Shown here: positions 26,818 to 36,527 of the stretch, one piece after another
Position numbering within the stretch: position 1 is the stretch's first letter
How the letters are laid out: each line of letters opens with the position of its first letter
Source of the DNA: Patescibacteria group bacterium
Lineage (GTDB): Bacteria > Patescibacteriota > Minisyncoccia > Phycocordibacterales > JBBTRF01
DNA: 64,000 nt
Reading direction: 5' to 3'
Assembly (NCBI GenBank): GCA_038065315.1
Contig: JBBTRF010000001.1
Span: 230,413-294,412, forward strand
The notes under the pieces: generated by a model
The model's database searches: none
What the model was told of the DNA's origin: nothing
What the model saw: only the letters and a program-made list of their open reading frames with translations
Position numbers and translations under genes: made by a program

Positions 26818-27603
26818 TCAAATAACCTGCACCTCCTTGCTACGTCCCAACTCCCTCTTGAAATGCTTCAGATACGCCACCAAGATGAAGCTGATAATGA
26901 CCATCAAAAACCAGGATGTTATTTTGCCGGTGGACACCATGTTCCACACATGGACTTGGTCGGGATATTGCCAGGCGCCGAGGTAGGTGGAGATATTCTC
27001 GGCTATCCAGATGAAAAAAGCGACGAGGAGGAAGCCGACATTCATGTGCATCCAGCGCACTTTTGTGGCGACGGTGAAATACACACGCGTCTTCCAGAAA
27101 AAAGCGAACACCACGGCGATCAGAAAGTAGCGGAAATCGTAGATGTAGTGATTGGTGAAAAAGTTGAGATAGATGAGGAGGCAAAGCACGGCGCTCGCAG
27201 CATAGTGCTCGTAGTTGGTCAGGTGCAATTTCATAATCTTCCACGATTGGCTGATGTAGCTGCCCACTGCCGCATACATGAAGCCGCTGTAGAGTGGCAC
27301 AGTCGCGATCTTGAAGAATGCCGCCTCGGGATAGCTCCAGGAGCCGATCCCCGGACTAGTTTTGTACAGCTCGAGAACGAGGCCGATGATGTGAAAGAGG
27401 AAGATAACCTTCACCTCGTCCTTGGTCTCGAGTTTGGTGAAATAGAGGATGGCTTGGATCAGCACCGCAGCAACAAAGAGAAAATCGTATCGCGCAATGC
27501 CGAAAAGCGGAATGTGGTTGGACAGAAAAAGCAACAGAAAGAACGAACCCGCAAAGACGCAGGCGCGGGCTTGTTTGAGGCCGAAGAGGAGGAATTCGTG
27601 CAT
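26818..27603 (-). CDS. Integral membrane protein (DUF817-like), hypothetical
   Basis: Eight predicted TM helices, aromatic-rich. Confidence 0.45.
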   Translation of the reverse strand: MHEFLLFGLKQARACVFAGSFFLLLFLSNHIPLFGIARYDFLFVAAVLIQAILYFTKLETKDEVKVIFLFHIIGLVLELYKTSPGIGSWSYPEAAFFKIATVPLYSGFMYAAVGSYISQSWKIMKLHLTNYEHYAASAVLCLLIYLNFFTNHYIYDFRYFLIAVVFAFFWKTRVYFTVATKVRWMHMNVGFLLVAFFIWIAENISTYLGAWQYPDQVHVWNMVSTGKITSWFLMVIISFILVAYLKHFKRELGRSKEVQVI

Positions 27604-27624
27604 ATGCCTAGCTTCTATAAAAAT

Positions 27625-28533
27625 CTATTTAAGTAACCACTTAACAACTCTTTCCGCCATTAACTGCTCTCTTCCAAAATAACTATGGGATGCGCCCTCG
27701 ATAATATCAATTTCAAAATTTGGAGCATTTATTGCTTTATTTTTTATGAGTTCCAGAGCCTCTTGTTGAGGAAGGATGGCCGCATCGTCTTTTTCGCCCA
27801 AAAAAGCTAGAGTTGGAACTTTTATTTCCGCGATTAAGGAGGGCTTAGTTTTGTCATATGTATTAAAAATATCAACCGGCTTGTCTCGGGTATTCAAATC
27901 TACATATGTATATGCAGATAAATAATAGTAATCCCAAATTTTGACAGGCAATAATTCTCCACCCTTCCCACCCAAAATCATCTTCTCAGCCTGAGAAAGT
28001 AGGTCCTTGTGATTACTTTCCTTTTCTGCCAAACCAACCATGTCTGGTGGGGACATTAAAATTAATTTTTTAATTCTTTGATCCTGCGTTTTGGCTGCGT
28101 AATACACAACCTTCACGGCCCCTAAACTATGTCCACACAGGGTTATTTCTTCATATCCACTTTTCTGGAGATAATCAACTGCAGATTTAATATCAAATAT
28201 GCATTCCTCAAATTTTTCGTATGCATTTCCAATTCTTCGATATTTTTCTTCTGAACCCGGAATTGGGAAATCGGCAACGATGTCATGACCTCGGGTATTT
28301 ATACTTAAAAAAGTCTGCTGTGCCTGTGTAATGTGCTCGGCCATGACATCAATGAATCTATTCTCATAGAAGTTACCGCCCATGCCATGTATATGCAAGA
28401 AAGCTTTTCGGCTCAATACATCTGGACTATAAACCAAACCTTGCAGAATCAACTGATCTTCAGTTGTAAATCTTATAAATTCTGTTTTCATGACTTTATT
28501 ATAGCAAACCAAATCATCCATTCCGTATTCCAA
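27625..28533 (-). CDS. Alpha/beta hydrolase family protein
   Basis: Nucleophile elbow GHSLGA and an HGMGGN oxyanion region. The gene is strongly AT-rich (~30-35% GC) against ~58% flanks, suggesting single-gene horizontal acquisition. Confidence 0.7.
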   Translation of the reverse strand: MEYGMDDLVCYNKVMKTEFIRFTTEDQLILQGLVYSPDVLSRKAFLHIHGMGGNFYENRFIDVMAEHITQAQQTFLSINTRGHDIVADFPIPGSEEKYRRIGNAYEKFEECIFDIKSAVDYLQKSGYEEITLCGHSLGAVKVVYYAAKTQDQRIKKLILMSPPDMVGLAEKESNHKDLLSQAEKMILGGKGGELLPVKIWDYYYLSAYTYVDLNTRDKPVDIFNTYDKTKPSLIAEIKVPTLAFLGEKDDAAILPQQEALELIKNKAINAPNFEIDIIEGASHSYFGREQLMAERVVKWLLK

Positions 28534-28612
28534 TCACAATCCCCCCCATCAGTAATCCTGACTAAACAATGACTAACCTCATTAGATGAGGAATTCGTCC
28601 GTAGGCAAAAAC

Positions 28613-29062
28613 CTACGCGAACAAGCTCGCCAACAGCGCGATCAGCATCACGGTCAGCAGGTTGGAACCAATGTCCGAGAAGAAGCGTGGCCAAGCGATC
28701 GCCCGATCGCCATTGCTCCAGAGGATGCCGGAACCGATGGTCGGCACAATAAAGCACAGCCAGTTCAGTGCCACGAAGCCGAGGGCCATCCAGAGAGTGA
28801 GGCCGTTCTTTAGGCTCGTAGTCACGATAAAGACGGTTGCGAAAGCAGTGAGAAAAGACAAGGCAAGCTGCCCAGCGTACATCTTTGGCATCATGGCCTT
28901 CCCTTCTTCCATTTTGCGTTTCATCTCTTCTTCCGACAGGTCGCCACAGCCGAGTGCGCGCATGTGGAGCTTCCCCATTGGTGTGCTGCCTGAATACCAA
29001 AAGGTGCCGACAACAGCTGCGATCACGGCTCCGGCGAGGGAGAGTAAGATGATGGTGGTCAT
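28613..29062 (-). CDS. DUF1761-like small membrane protein
   Basis: Four TM helices; conserved Trp/Tyr pattern (GTFWYSG..., ILWSNGDRAIAW). Confidence 0.4.
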   Translation of the reverse strand: MTTIILLSLAGAVIAAVVGTFWYSGSTPMGKLHMRALGCGDLSEEEMKRKMEEGKAMMPKMYAGQLALSFLTAFATVFIVTTSLKNGLTLWMALGFVALNWLCFIVPTIGSGILWSNGDRAIAWPRFFSDIGSNLLTVMLIALLASLFA

Positions 29063-29127
29063 GGGGTGATGGTTATGTGTATGGGTGAATTATGCTTAGG
29101 GGAGATTATAGCACGGGCCAACATTCT

Positions 29128-30681
29128 CTACTCCACCTTAAATTCAAACATCATTCCTGCTTCTAAATGCTCCGAGATGTGGCAGTGGGCCATCCACGCG
29201 CCAGGATTCGATGGGTCAAGCACAATATCTACCGTCTCGCCCGACTTCACTAAAACAGTGTCTTTCCAGACAAGATTGCTCTGCTTCACGCCGTCACGAG
29301 ACACCACCAAGAATCGCTGACCATGGAAATGGATCGGATGCTGCATCGGATGCATAGAGTTCGAGTCGTTGAAAATCCGAATCTTCACAGGCTGGCCATT
29401 TTTGAATGACCAGTCAATATCCATATTTTCCCTGCCGGTATCCTGATCGACAATCTTCCACTTTATCGAATCCTTGTTCGACATCTCGTTCATCATTGAA
29501 TTCGTGTCATTCCACTCAATACCATCCGAACTTCCGGACATCATCGATCCGCCCATCATAGTGCCGTCCGGCATCATGTGCGCACCATGGCCCATTCCTT
29601 GCATATTCATCATGCCGCCGCCCATATCGAGTGTCAGTGCGATTCGCTTTTGCGGCACGGTATCGAAAAATGCACGGAACGGCTCGATGCTTTCAGTTAC
29701 CGTGCGATTCACCTGAAGACGGTCAAACTCTTTTTGATATGACTGACTGACTTTTTCTGAGCCAACAACGAACGCGCCCATTGAATACCGCCTCTCGGGA
29801 GTGTCATTTTGGATGCTATATGCGCCCGCACTCGGAAATAGTACGTCCACGATCGCGCGTTCCGATGGTCCAAGCACTACGCTATCAACGAGCGTCGTTT
29901 TTTCATACGCGCCGCTGTCGCCACCGACAAGCTTGAGCTTCAAGCCACTGATCGCAAAGCGAAACGGTCGCGCATTCGCCGCATTTATCACATACAGGCG
30001 CACGACTTCCCCCGTCTTTGCCTGAAGATTCACCTTCTCCTGCCCATTCACCAGCAATATGTTCCCATAATGTCCCATGAGCGAGTGAGTGTTGTCGCCT
30101 TTCTCGATTTGGATCCTGCCATTTTCAAGCGGCAAATCGGAAAGGAAAAGCGGCAGTTCCCTGTTCACAGGTGGAAAATACGAGGTATCTGTCGGAGTCA
30201 CGATGAACGCGCCATAGAGTCCCAGTGCCTGGCCATAGACTTCCTGCACATGCGGATGATACCAAAATACTCCAGCATCCGGGAATTTCAGTTTGTATGA
30301 AAACGTCTCTCCCGATTTCATTTCCCGCTGCTGTGTTTGCGAACCATCAAAGGCATTTTCCATGCGCACACCGTGAGAATGGAGCAGAGCTGGCAGGTCA
30401 GTGCCGTTTTTAAAATTGATGGTCACTTCTGCACCTTGTGCGACCCTGATCGTCGGACCAGGGATCGAACCGTTGTACGCCAACATCTTTTGCTCCTTGC
30501 CAGCGAGCACTTTGGTGACATAGCTTGCGATGAGGTCGTATGTATCGCCATTTTTGAGCTCAACGACAGTGCTCGCCGCTACCGCTTGTGTTGGAACACT
30601 GTATTTATTCGCCAACAGCGCATATCCTCCGGCAAGGACGGCGACCGCCACAACAACAGCAAGAATTGTTTTGTGTTTCAT
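29128..30681 (-). CDS. Multicopper oxidase (CueO/PcoA-like) with a Met-rich copper-binding insert
   Basis: Signal peptide; copper ligand motifs HSHG, HPHVQE, HPIHFHG and HCHISEHLEAGMM (type 1 Cu); Met/Gly/His-rich segment MGGGMMNMQGMGHGAHMMPDGTMMGGSMMSGS. Confidence 0.85.
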   Translation of the reverse strand: MKHKTILAVVVAVAVLAGGYALLANKYSVPTQAVAASTVVELKNGDTYDLIASYVTKVLAGKEQKMLAYNGSIPGPTIRVAQGAEVTINFKNGTDLPALLHSHGVRMENAFDGSQTQQREMKSGETFSYKLKFPDAGVFWYHPHVQEVYGQALGLYGAFIVTPTDTSYFPPVNRELPLFLSDLPLENGRIQIEKGDNTHSLMGHYGNILLVNGQEKVNLQAKTGEVVRLYVINAANARPFRFAISGLKLKLVGGDSGAYEKTTLVDSVVLGPSERAIVDVLFPSAGAYSIQNDTPERRYSMGAFVVGSEKVSQSYQKEFDRLQVNRTVTESIEPFRAFFDTVPQKRIALTLDMGGGMMNMQGMGHGAHMMPDGTMMGGSMMSGSSDGIEWNDTNSMMNEMSNKDSIKWKIVDQDTGRENMDIDWSFKNGQPVKIRIFNDSNSMHPMQHPIHFHGQRFLVVSRDGVKQSNLVWKDTVLVKSGETVDIVLDPSNPGAWMAHCHISEHLEAGMMFEFKVE

Positions 30682-30683
30682 GT

Positions 30684-32660
30684 TTATATATGTTTATTTT
30701 TAAGCAACACGGCATTGATGGCGACGATCACCGTACTTGCAGACATGAACACCGCAGCGAGCCACGGCTGAAGGATAATCCCTTTCGACGCAAGCACACC
30801 TGCAGCCAGGGGTATTGCGACCACGTTGTACCCAGTCGCCCAGAAAAGATTCTGGATCATTTTGTTGTAGGTAAGTCTCGAGAGATTGAAGATCTTCAAA
30901 ATATCTCTTGGATCATTTTTCACCAAAATGATCCCGGCAGATTCGATCGCTACATTCGTGCCTGCGCCGATCGCGATCCCGAGGTTGGCCTGAGCCAGAG
31001 CCGGAGCGTCATTCACCCCATCACCCACCATCGCCACGATCCGACCCTTGCTTTGGAGCAGTTTCACCTTCTCGGACTTTTCTGCCGGACGGACGCGGGC
31101 AAAATATTCTTCGATACCAAGCTCTTTCGCGACCTCTTTCGCCACTTCTTCTGAATCTCCCGTGATCATCGCGACGGCGATGCCTGCTTGCTTGAGCTTT
31201 GCCACGGCCTCCTTCGCCTCAGGACGAACGATATCGGCAATGACGATCGTGCCGATCTGCACTCCGCTTTTTTCGACCACAATATCTTTGCCACCACGAT
31301 GACCGACAAATACACTCACGCCGTCAACCTTGGCCTCTGCGCCCGTACCGGCAATTGTGTTGAAATCTCGCACTTCGCCGATCTTGAGACGTCTCTTCTG
31401 AGCCTCCTTCAGAATTGCCTTGCCGATAGGATGTTCAGAATGCGTTTCGACGGCAGCAGCAAGCGCAAGCACCTCATCGGAAGTTACCGACACGACGCCG
31501 AATTCGCCTTTAGTGAGCGTTCCTGTTTTGTCGAATAGTACAGTGTCGATTTTTCTCGCACCCTCGAGAGCGACGCGCTCACGGATCAACAAGCCATTTC
31601 GTGCTGCCATGGTCGTGGAGATGGCCGCCACCAGTGGCACTGCGAGACCGAGTGCGTGAGGACAGGTGATCACCAATACAGCCACCATTCGCTCCATGGC
31701 GGTGAGTGTTCCCGCGCCAGCGAGGAGCCAAGCGACAAAAGTGATGCCACCTCCAACGATGGCGACGATGGTCAGGTAGAATGCGGCTCGATCAGAAAGC
31801 ATTTGTAGTCGAGATTTCGAAGACTGCGCATCGGCGACCAATCGCATCACACCTGCCAAAAATGTTTTCTCTCCAATAGTGCTGACCTCCACCTTGAGAC
31901 TACCCTCGCCATTGATAGAGCCGGCAATTACTTCATTTCCCGCATGTTTCTGTACCGGCTTTGACTCGCCCGTGAGGATTGACTCGTTCACATTTGATTG
32001 GCCTTCAATAACTCTGCCGTCGGCGGGGATCTTTGACCCTGGCTTGATCAATACGATGTCGCCAACTCTCAAATCTGTAAGCGGCAAGGTCTCCGTGAGA
32101 TTTCCGCGGACCACTTCTGCTGTATCTGGCAAGAGTTTCGAGAGCTCTTTCAACGCTCCTTGTGCACCCATGACCGACTTCATTTCGATCCAATGCCCGA
32201 GCAACATGATCGCTATCAGCGAGGCCAACTCAAACATCAGATCGTGCATCCCGCCCGAAAGGATCGAGAAGACACTGTAGCCGTAGGCGGCGGTGACGGC
32301 GATGGCAATGAGCGTCATCATACCCGGCAGCCGCGCCTTGAGCTCGGCATAGGCGCTCTGGAGAAATACCCAGCCGCAATAGAAATACATGACTGAACCG
32401 AGAAGCAAGAGGACATACTGCCAGCCAAAAAACTCTGGACCCCTGACGTTGAATACCTCTTTTGCCATCTCAGAATAGAAAAAGATTGGAAGCGTGATGA
32501 TCAAAGAAATCCAAAACTTCTTCAAGAAATCAGCCGTATGGTGGCCAGCATGCTTATCGTGCGATTCCGCGTGCTCGTGATGGTGCTCGTGCGCGCTCGG
32601 GTGTTCGTGCGTGCACTGATGTTTGTGTTGGTGTTCCATATTATTTTTTCTTCTGAGCAA
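30684..32660 (-). CDS. copB: Copper-translocating P1B-type ATPase (CopB-like, His-rich N-terminus)
   Basis: CPH motif (ITCPHALGLAVP), DKTGTLT, GDGVNDAPAL; His-rich N-terminus HQHKHQCTHEHPSAHEHHHEH. The gene ends 3 nt before the MCO start. Confidence 0.9.
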   Translation of the reverse strand: MLRRKNNMEHQHKHQCTHEHPSAHEHHHEHAESHDKHAGHHTADFLKKFWISLIITLPIFFYSEMAKEVFNVRGPEFFGWQYVLLLLGSVMYFYCGWVFLQSAYAELKARLPGMMTLIAIAVTAAYGYSVFSILSGGMHDLMFELASLIAIMLLGHWIEMKSVMGAQGALKELSKLLPDTAEVVRGNLTETLPLTDLRVGDIVLIKPGSKIPADGRVIEGQSNVNESILTGESKPVQKHAGNEVIAGSINGEGSLKVEVSTIGEKTFLAGVMRLVADAQSSKSRLQMLSDRAAFYLTIVAIVGGGITFVAWLLAGAGTLTAMERMVAVLVITCPHALGLAVPLVAAISTTMAARNGLLIRERVALEGARKIDTVLFDKTGTLTKGEFGVVSVTSDEVLALAAAVETHSEHPIGKAILKEAQKRRLKIGEVRDFNTIAGTGAEAKVDGVSVFVGHRGGKDIVVEKSGVQIGTIVIADIVRPEAKEAVAKLKQAGIAVAMITGDSEEVAKEVAKELGIEEYFARVRPAEKSEKVKLLQSKGRIVAMVGDGVNDAPALAQANLGIAIGAGTNVAIESAGIILVKNDPRDILKIFNLSRLTYNKMIQNLFWATGYNVVAIPLAAGVLASKGIILQPWLAAVFMSASTVIVAINAVLLKNKHI

Positions 32661-32913
32661 GCTTGTAAATTTTCAGGATCTCTGCCGTCGCCCGTCTCTC
32701 TCGGCCTGTTTTCATCTGATGCAACACGTGAGTCTCCAGGTGATTCTGCAAGATCAGGTCTTCGACGCCGGCCAAAGCCTCCTTGATCGCGCTCGCTTGG
32801 GTGATGATATCAACGCAATACTTCTCTTTCGCCACCATGTTCACCAGTCCTCTCAATTGCCCCTGCACGATATTCAGACGCCGCGCCACTTTCTTTTTGA
32901 TTTCAGCTTTCAT
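32641..32913 (-). CDS. csoR: CsoR/RcnR-family metal-sensing transcriptional repressor
   Basis: RRLNIVQGQLRGLVNMVAKEKYCVDIITQASAIKEALAGVEDLILQNHLETHV: the conserved C-H-C ligand pattern of CsoR. It overlaps the copB start by 20 nt (operon). Confidence 0.8.
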   Translation of the reverse strand: MKAEIKKKVARRLNIVQGQLRGLVNMVAKEKYCVDIITQASAIKEALAGVEDLILQNHLETHVLHQMKTGRERRATAEILKIYKLAQKKK

Positions 32914-32920
32914 CTCTACA

Positions 32921-32941
32921 GTATACCCCCCATGGGTATAC
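32921..32941. promoter_or_regulatory. Candidate CsoR operator: GTATACCC-N5-GGGTATAC palindrome 8 nt upstream of csoR
   Basis: Perfect 8-bp inverted arms with a C-rich centre, matching the ATACCC..GGGTAT architecture of known CsoR operators; a second partial GTATAC lies 25 nt further upstream. Confidence 0.6.
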
Positions 32942-33178
32942 GTGGCAAATGAATAGGTGTATACTATGAGCAGTCGGTGGCAGTATTACTCATTTTAATA
33001 CAACACTTTTATGATGACATATGGATACAGCGGCATGATGGGCGGAGCGGGATTGCTCGGTGGACTCATTTGGCTTGTGGTTGTCGTCGACCTCGTCCTC
33101 CTCGGCGTCTGGCTTTGGCAGCAGGTTGCGAAGAAGTAGCGAAGGTACCGTCCACTCAATTCAGCTCAGCAACCGAAC

Positions 33179-34429
33179 CTACAAAAACAGCAAATCCCTA
33201 TCCAAATCCTCCGCGTCAGTACCCTTTTCTTCCTGTTGGAGGGCATGATGAGTTGAGGCCAGGTACACTGTCCGTTTGCCGAATTTGCCTTCGAGGAGAT
33301 CGATTCGGTCGTGCACAGCTTCAAGCTTGCCGGCCGCCTCCCCGCCGCCAAACAAGTCCGCCTGATGTGTGCCCGACGGTACCAAGTCGTGCAGCGTCAC
33401 CCCCGTAGTGCGATACAGGGTGCGCTTGGCGTAGATTTTCGGAAACTCCTTCAGCGCCAGAGACATGATGATCTCTGGTGCATTCGTCGGTGAAGCGAGC
33501 GTCACGGTGGTGTTGGCATACACAAAATCTTTTGTCTTGAGGAAAAACGACACTTTTTTCGGAGCGAGCTTGAAGTATCGCGCCTTCGCACAGACATCCT
33601 CGATATGCTTGGAGAGCTGTGACATGAGAAAAGTCGCGTCGTTGGTACTCGGATGAAATGACCGCGTTCTTTGCATCGATGAATACGTGGTCTTTTTCTC
33701 CGGGTCAATGGGCACGACGGAAGTGCCGTTCAGCTCCTGCCAGATCGTGAGGTACGGCTTCGACAAATGCGCCTGGAGCCACGAGAGGTCCTTGCGAGCG
33801 AAATCTCCGGCCGTAGCGATCCCCTTGCGCCGCAAAAGCTCGGATGTCCGCGGCCCGATTCCCCAGATCTTTTCGATCGACGTGTTTTCGAGAAAGTCGA
33901 AGATGGCGGCAAGGTCGATGACAGTGAGACCGTTGGGCTTCATCCATTTCGAGGCAACTTTCGCGAGTACTTTGGTGGGTGCGAGGCCGATAGAGACGGA
34001 CAAACCAAGCTCTTCGGTGATTTCTTTTTTGATTCGCTTCGCGATCTGCAAGTAGGTCATTTTCAGCGGCCGATCCAGGCCGGTGAGGTCGGCGAAGCAC
34101 TCGTCGATACTGTACTCCTCCACATCGTCGGCGTAGCGGCGAACAATATCAAACATCAGCTGCGAATACCTCACATACGACGCGTAGTCGCCGGGCAGGA
34201 TGATGACCTGCGGGAATTCTTTTTTGAGCCTGAAAATCGGCATACCGCGGATGACCCCAAGTGCCTTCGCCTCGTACGACAGCGCCGACACAATCCCGCG
34301 CTCCTCGCCCGTCACCACCGGCAGGCCCTTGAGCTTCGGATTCTTCGCCACCTCAACGCCCACGAAAAAAGCATCACCATCGATGTGGAGGAGGGTTTTT
34401 TCCGCGGCGTTTTTGCTCGGCTGGTTCAC
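33179..34429 (-). CDS. dinB: DNA polymerase IV (Y-family, DinB)
   Basis: LHIDGDAFFVGVE (catalytic DxD region), SIDE; overall UmuC/DinB architecture with a little-finger domain. Confidence 0.85.
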   Translation of the reverse strand: MNQPSKNAAEKTLLHIDGDAFFVGVEVAKNPKLKGLPVVTGEERGIVSALSYEAKALGVIRGMPIFRLKKEFPQVIILPGDYASYVRYSQLMFDIVRRYADDVEEYSIDECFADLTGLDRPLKMTYLQIAKRIKKEITEELGLSVSIGLAPTKVLAKVASKWMKPNGLTVIDLAAIFDFLENTSIEKIWGIGPRTSELLRRKGIATAGDFARKDLSWLQAHLSKPYLTIWQELNGTSVVPIDPEKKTTYSSMQRTRSFHPSTNDATFLMSQLSKHIEDVCAKARYFKLAPKKVSFFLKTKDFVYANTTVTLASPTNAPEIIMSLALKEFPKIYAKRTLYRTTGVTLHDLVPSGTHQADLFGGGEAAGKLEAVHDRIDLLEGKFGKRTVYLASTHHALQQEEKGTDAEDLDRDLLFL

Positions 34430-34489
34430 TCATCTATTATAGGTGAACGATAGTTCACTTAACAAGGAGTATCTAGCCAAACTTCCAAT

Positions 34490-35131
34490 CTAAAACGTCT
34501 TCTCGTCGCCTTCATTCATCACGACAAAATCAATACCAACCTTGGTCAATTCTTGCTGAGGCAAGCGGTGTGCCGGACCAAGACGATCCGCGATCAACAT
34601 GCCGTCGTGCACCGGGAAAGCGGCTCGCGGTTTCATCGCCAAAGCATAATCGATGCATTCGGAGAGCGTCGCCCAAGGGCCGGCGACTGGTAGCGCGAGC
34701 ACGTCGACGCTTTGGTCCGGAGTCGAGAACGAATCGCCTGGATAAAAGAGCTTCTTGCCGATGAAGTACGCGGTGTTCTCGACAGGATTCACGGTCTTGT
34801 ACATTTTCCAATGATCCTTGCCGAAGCCTGAGATCTCGACACCTTTTCTTTCCACTCTTTGACCTTCGGCCACGATGGTGTGTGCGATGCCCTCTTTGGC
34901 CAATATCACGCCGACGCCGGAATTCGTGATCACTTCAGCTTGGGGATTATTCACCAAAACCGCCTTGAGCGAGCCGATATGGAGATGGTCGGCATGCTCG
35001 TGAGTGATCAAAATAACATCAATGCCCGTGAGCTGATTTTGAGACGTAGAATACGCGCCCGGGTCGGTAAGGACGGTCAATCCGCCCTCTTTGATCAACA
35101 AGCAGCAGTGGCCGAGTTTTTTGATATTCAT
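34490..35131 (-). CDS. MBL-fold metallo-hydrolase
   Basis: HEHADH zinc-binding motif; 213 aa. Confidence 0.7.
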   Translation of the reverse strand: MNIKKLGHCCLLIKEGGLTVLTDPGAYSTSQNQLTGIDVILITHEHADHLHIGSLKAVLVNNPQAEVITNSGVGVILAKEGIAHTIVAEGQRVERKGVEISGFGKDHWKMYKTVNPVENTAYFIGKKLFYPGDSFSTPDQSVDVLALPVAGPWATLSECIDYALAMKPRAAFPVHDGMLIADRLGPAHRLPQQELTKVGIDFVVMNEGDEKTF

Positions 35132-35179
35132 AGTATTGAGTAGTATAGCGCACCTTCTACTTCCGCAAAATCTGTTCCT

Positions 35180-35689
35180 CTAAATAACGTTTACATCTCT
35201 CGCCGCCTCAAGAATCGCAATGTCTCTTGGTACCATATAGCCCATCGCTTCGATCAGCTCAGTCTTGCTTCCCTTGAGCCTGCGCAACGCCTCACCATAG
35301 GGGAACCAAACCTCCTTAAAATCTTCTTCAGCCTCTTTATCAGTGAATGCCGGCACGCCTTTCTCCCCGACTACTTTCGCCACATAGCAATACGAGATCT
35401 GATGAAGAGTGCAGAACTTGCGCCACTCCTCTGTCTGTCCAAGCTCTGCCAATACCTCAACATCACAACCGATCTCTTCGCGACACTCGCGTTTCAACGC
35501 CACAATCTTGTCGGTATCGTCATCGAGACCACCGCCGGGGAGCTTGTAATAATCGTACTTCCTCGCATGAAGGAGTGCGACGTTTCCATCTTTATCGAAC
35601 ACGACTGCCCGTGCCGCTTTACGTACGCGATACGTTTTCACTTCTTCCGAGGAAACATTTTCATGATTGATAAAGGCGAGCTGTTTCAT
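35180..35689 (-). CDS. NUDIX hydrolase
   Basis: Nudix box GGGLDDDTDKIVALKRECREEIG. Confidence 0.75.
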   Translation of the reverse strand: MKQLAFINHENVSSEEVKTYRVRKAARAVVFDKDGNVALLHARKYDYYKLPGGGLDDDTDKIVALKRECREEIGCDVEVLAELGQTEEWRKFCTLHQISYCYVAKVVGEKGVPAFTDKEAEEDFKEVWFPYGEALRRLKGSKTELIEAMGYMVPRDIAILEAARDVNVI

Positions 35690-35741
35690 TGGGGTAAGTA
35701 TATCTTATTTCATAGCGTCTTAACGAACCTCGGAACACTAA

Positions 35742-36122
35742 CTATTTCTCCCAGTAAGCCTTAAAATTATCTATCTGATCAACCAATTCTTCTGCCTTCT
35801 GGCCCTTAAAGCAGACAGATCGATCGTCTACATACACATATGCCACAGGCTTTCCGGGATTATCTCCTTCCTTGTCTGGCCTTCGATTAATGTAGTCAAA
35901 TGGAATGTCGTATTGCGAGCAATAACTGCGAAGAAACTCATTCCCACATGTTGAATGAAGAAGAATTTTGAATCCCTTTTCTTTAAGCATCTTGATTGCT
36001 TTGATGGTTTCTAAAATTGGTTCTTCGACGTGATCTTTACCCTTAAAGCCCGAGTAAGTTGCAATAACTCCATCAAAATCGAAAGCGACCGTTCTTCCTG
36101 CTGGTTTTTGTGAATCATTCAT
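35742..36122 (-). CDS. HAD-superfamily hydrolase (nucleotidase-like), AT-rich
   Basis: DxDGV motif FDFDGVI and a downstream D. Start refined to MNDSQK (ATG at 36122) so it no longer overlaps tRNA-Gln; ~33% GC. Confidence 0.5.
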   Translation of the reverse strand: MNDSQKPAGRTVAFDFDGVIATYSGFKGKDHVEEPILETIKAIKMLKEKGFKILLHSTCGNEFLRSYCSQYDIPFDYINRRPDKEGDNPGKPVAYVYVDDRSVCFKGQKAEELVDQIDNFKAYWEK

Positions 36123-36168
36123 ATTTGTGGGATTATTGTACGCCTCGAAGTCAGAACCTATCTCAAGT

Positions 36169-36242
36169 TGGCTGCGGGACTTGGGCTCGAACCAAGATAC
36201 CATGCGCCAAAGGCATGTGTCCTACCATTAGACGATCCCGCA
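36169..36242 (-). tRNA. tRNA-Gln (anticodon UUG), CCA encoded
   Basis: Manual fold: acceptor TGCGGGA/TCCCGCA, D-arm GTCT/GGAC, anticodon stem CATGC/GCATG with loop CTTTGGC, T-arm CTTGG-TTCGAGC-CCAAG, discriminator G then CCA. Confidence 0.8.
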
Positions 36243-36527
36243 ATGCTTTCTACGCCATTACTGTAACCCGAAGAACGCTTCGACACAAGTTGCAGATTTT
36301 TATATCTTTAGTATTATTTACTCGTGCCTGTGGGCGAAAGCCCCTACTCAGCTACGGGATTCCCTAAGCCGATAGCAGGCATAACAAAACTACCGCCTTT
36401 GGGCGGTGTTTTTGTTTTTGGCGTTATTCGTCTTCTATGCCTTCGGTAAAGATTTTCTGTTTTCCATTTTTCATCTTTGAATAAAGCATTACGCTCCAAA
36501 AGGTAATATTTCCGTCACCGACCCTCC

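Noticed and set aside
32977-33408. 143-aa ORF 32977..33408(+) overlapping the dinB 3' region
   Set aside because: Arg/Pro-rich and antisense to dinB for most of its length. Only the short in-frame 42-aa hydrophobic peptide at 33001-33129 in the true intergenic region seemed worth flagging.
36123-36203. N-terminal 27 codons of ORF 35742..36203, which overlap tRNA-Gln
   Set aside because: The overlap with a well-folded tRNA on the same strand is implausible. The internal Met, followed by the HAD DxDGV motif, is the likely start.
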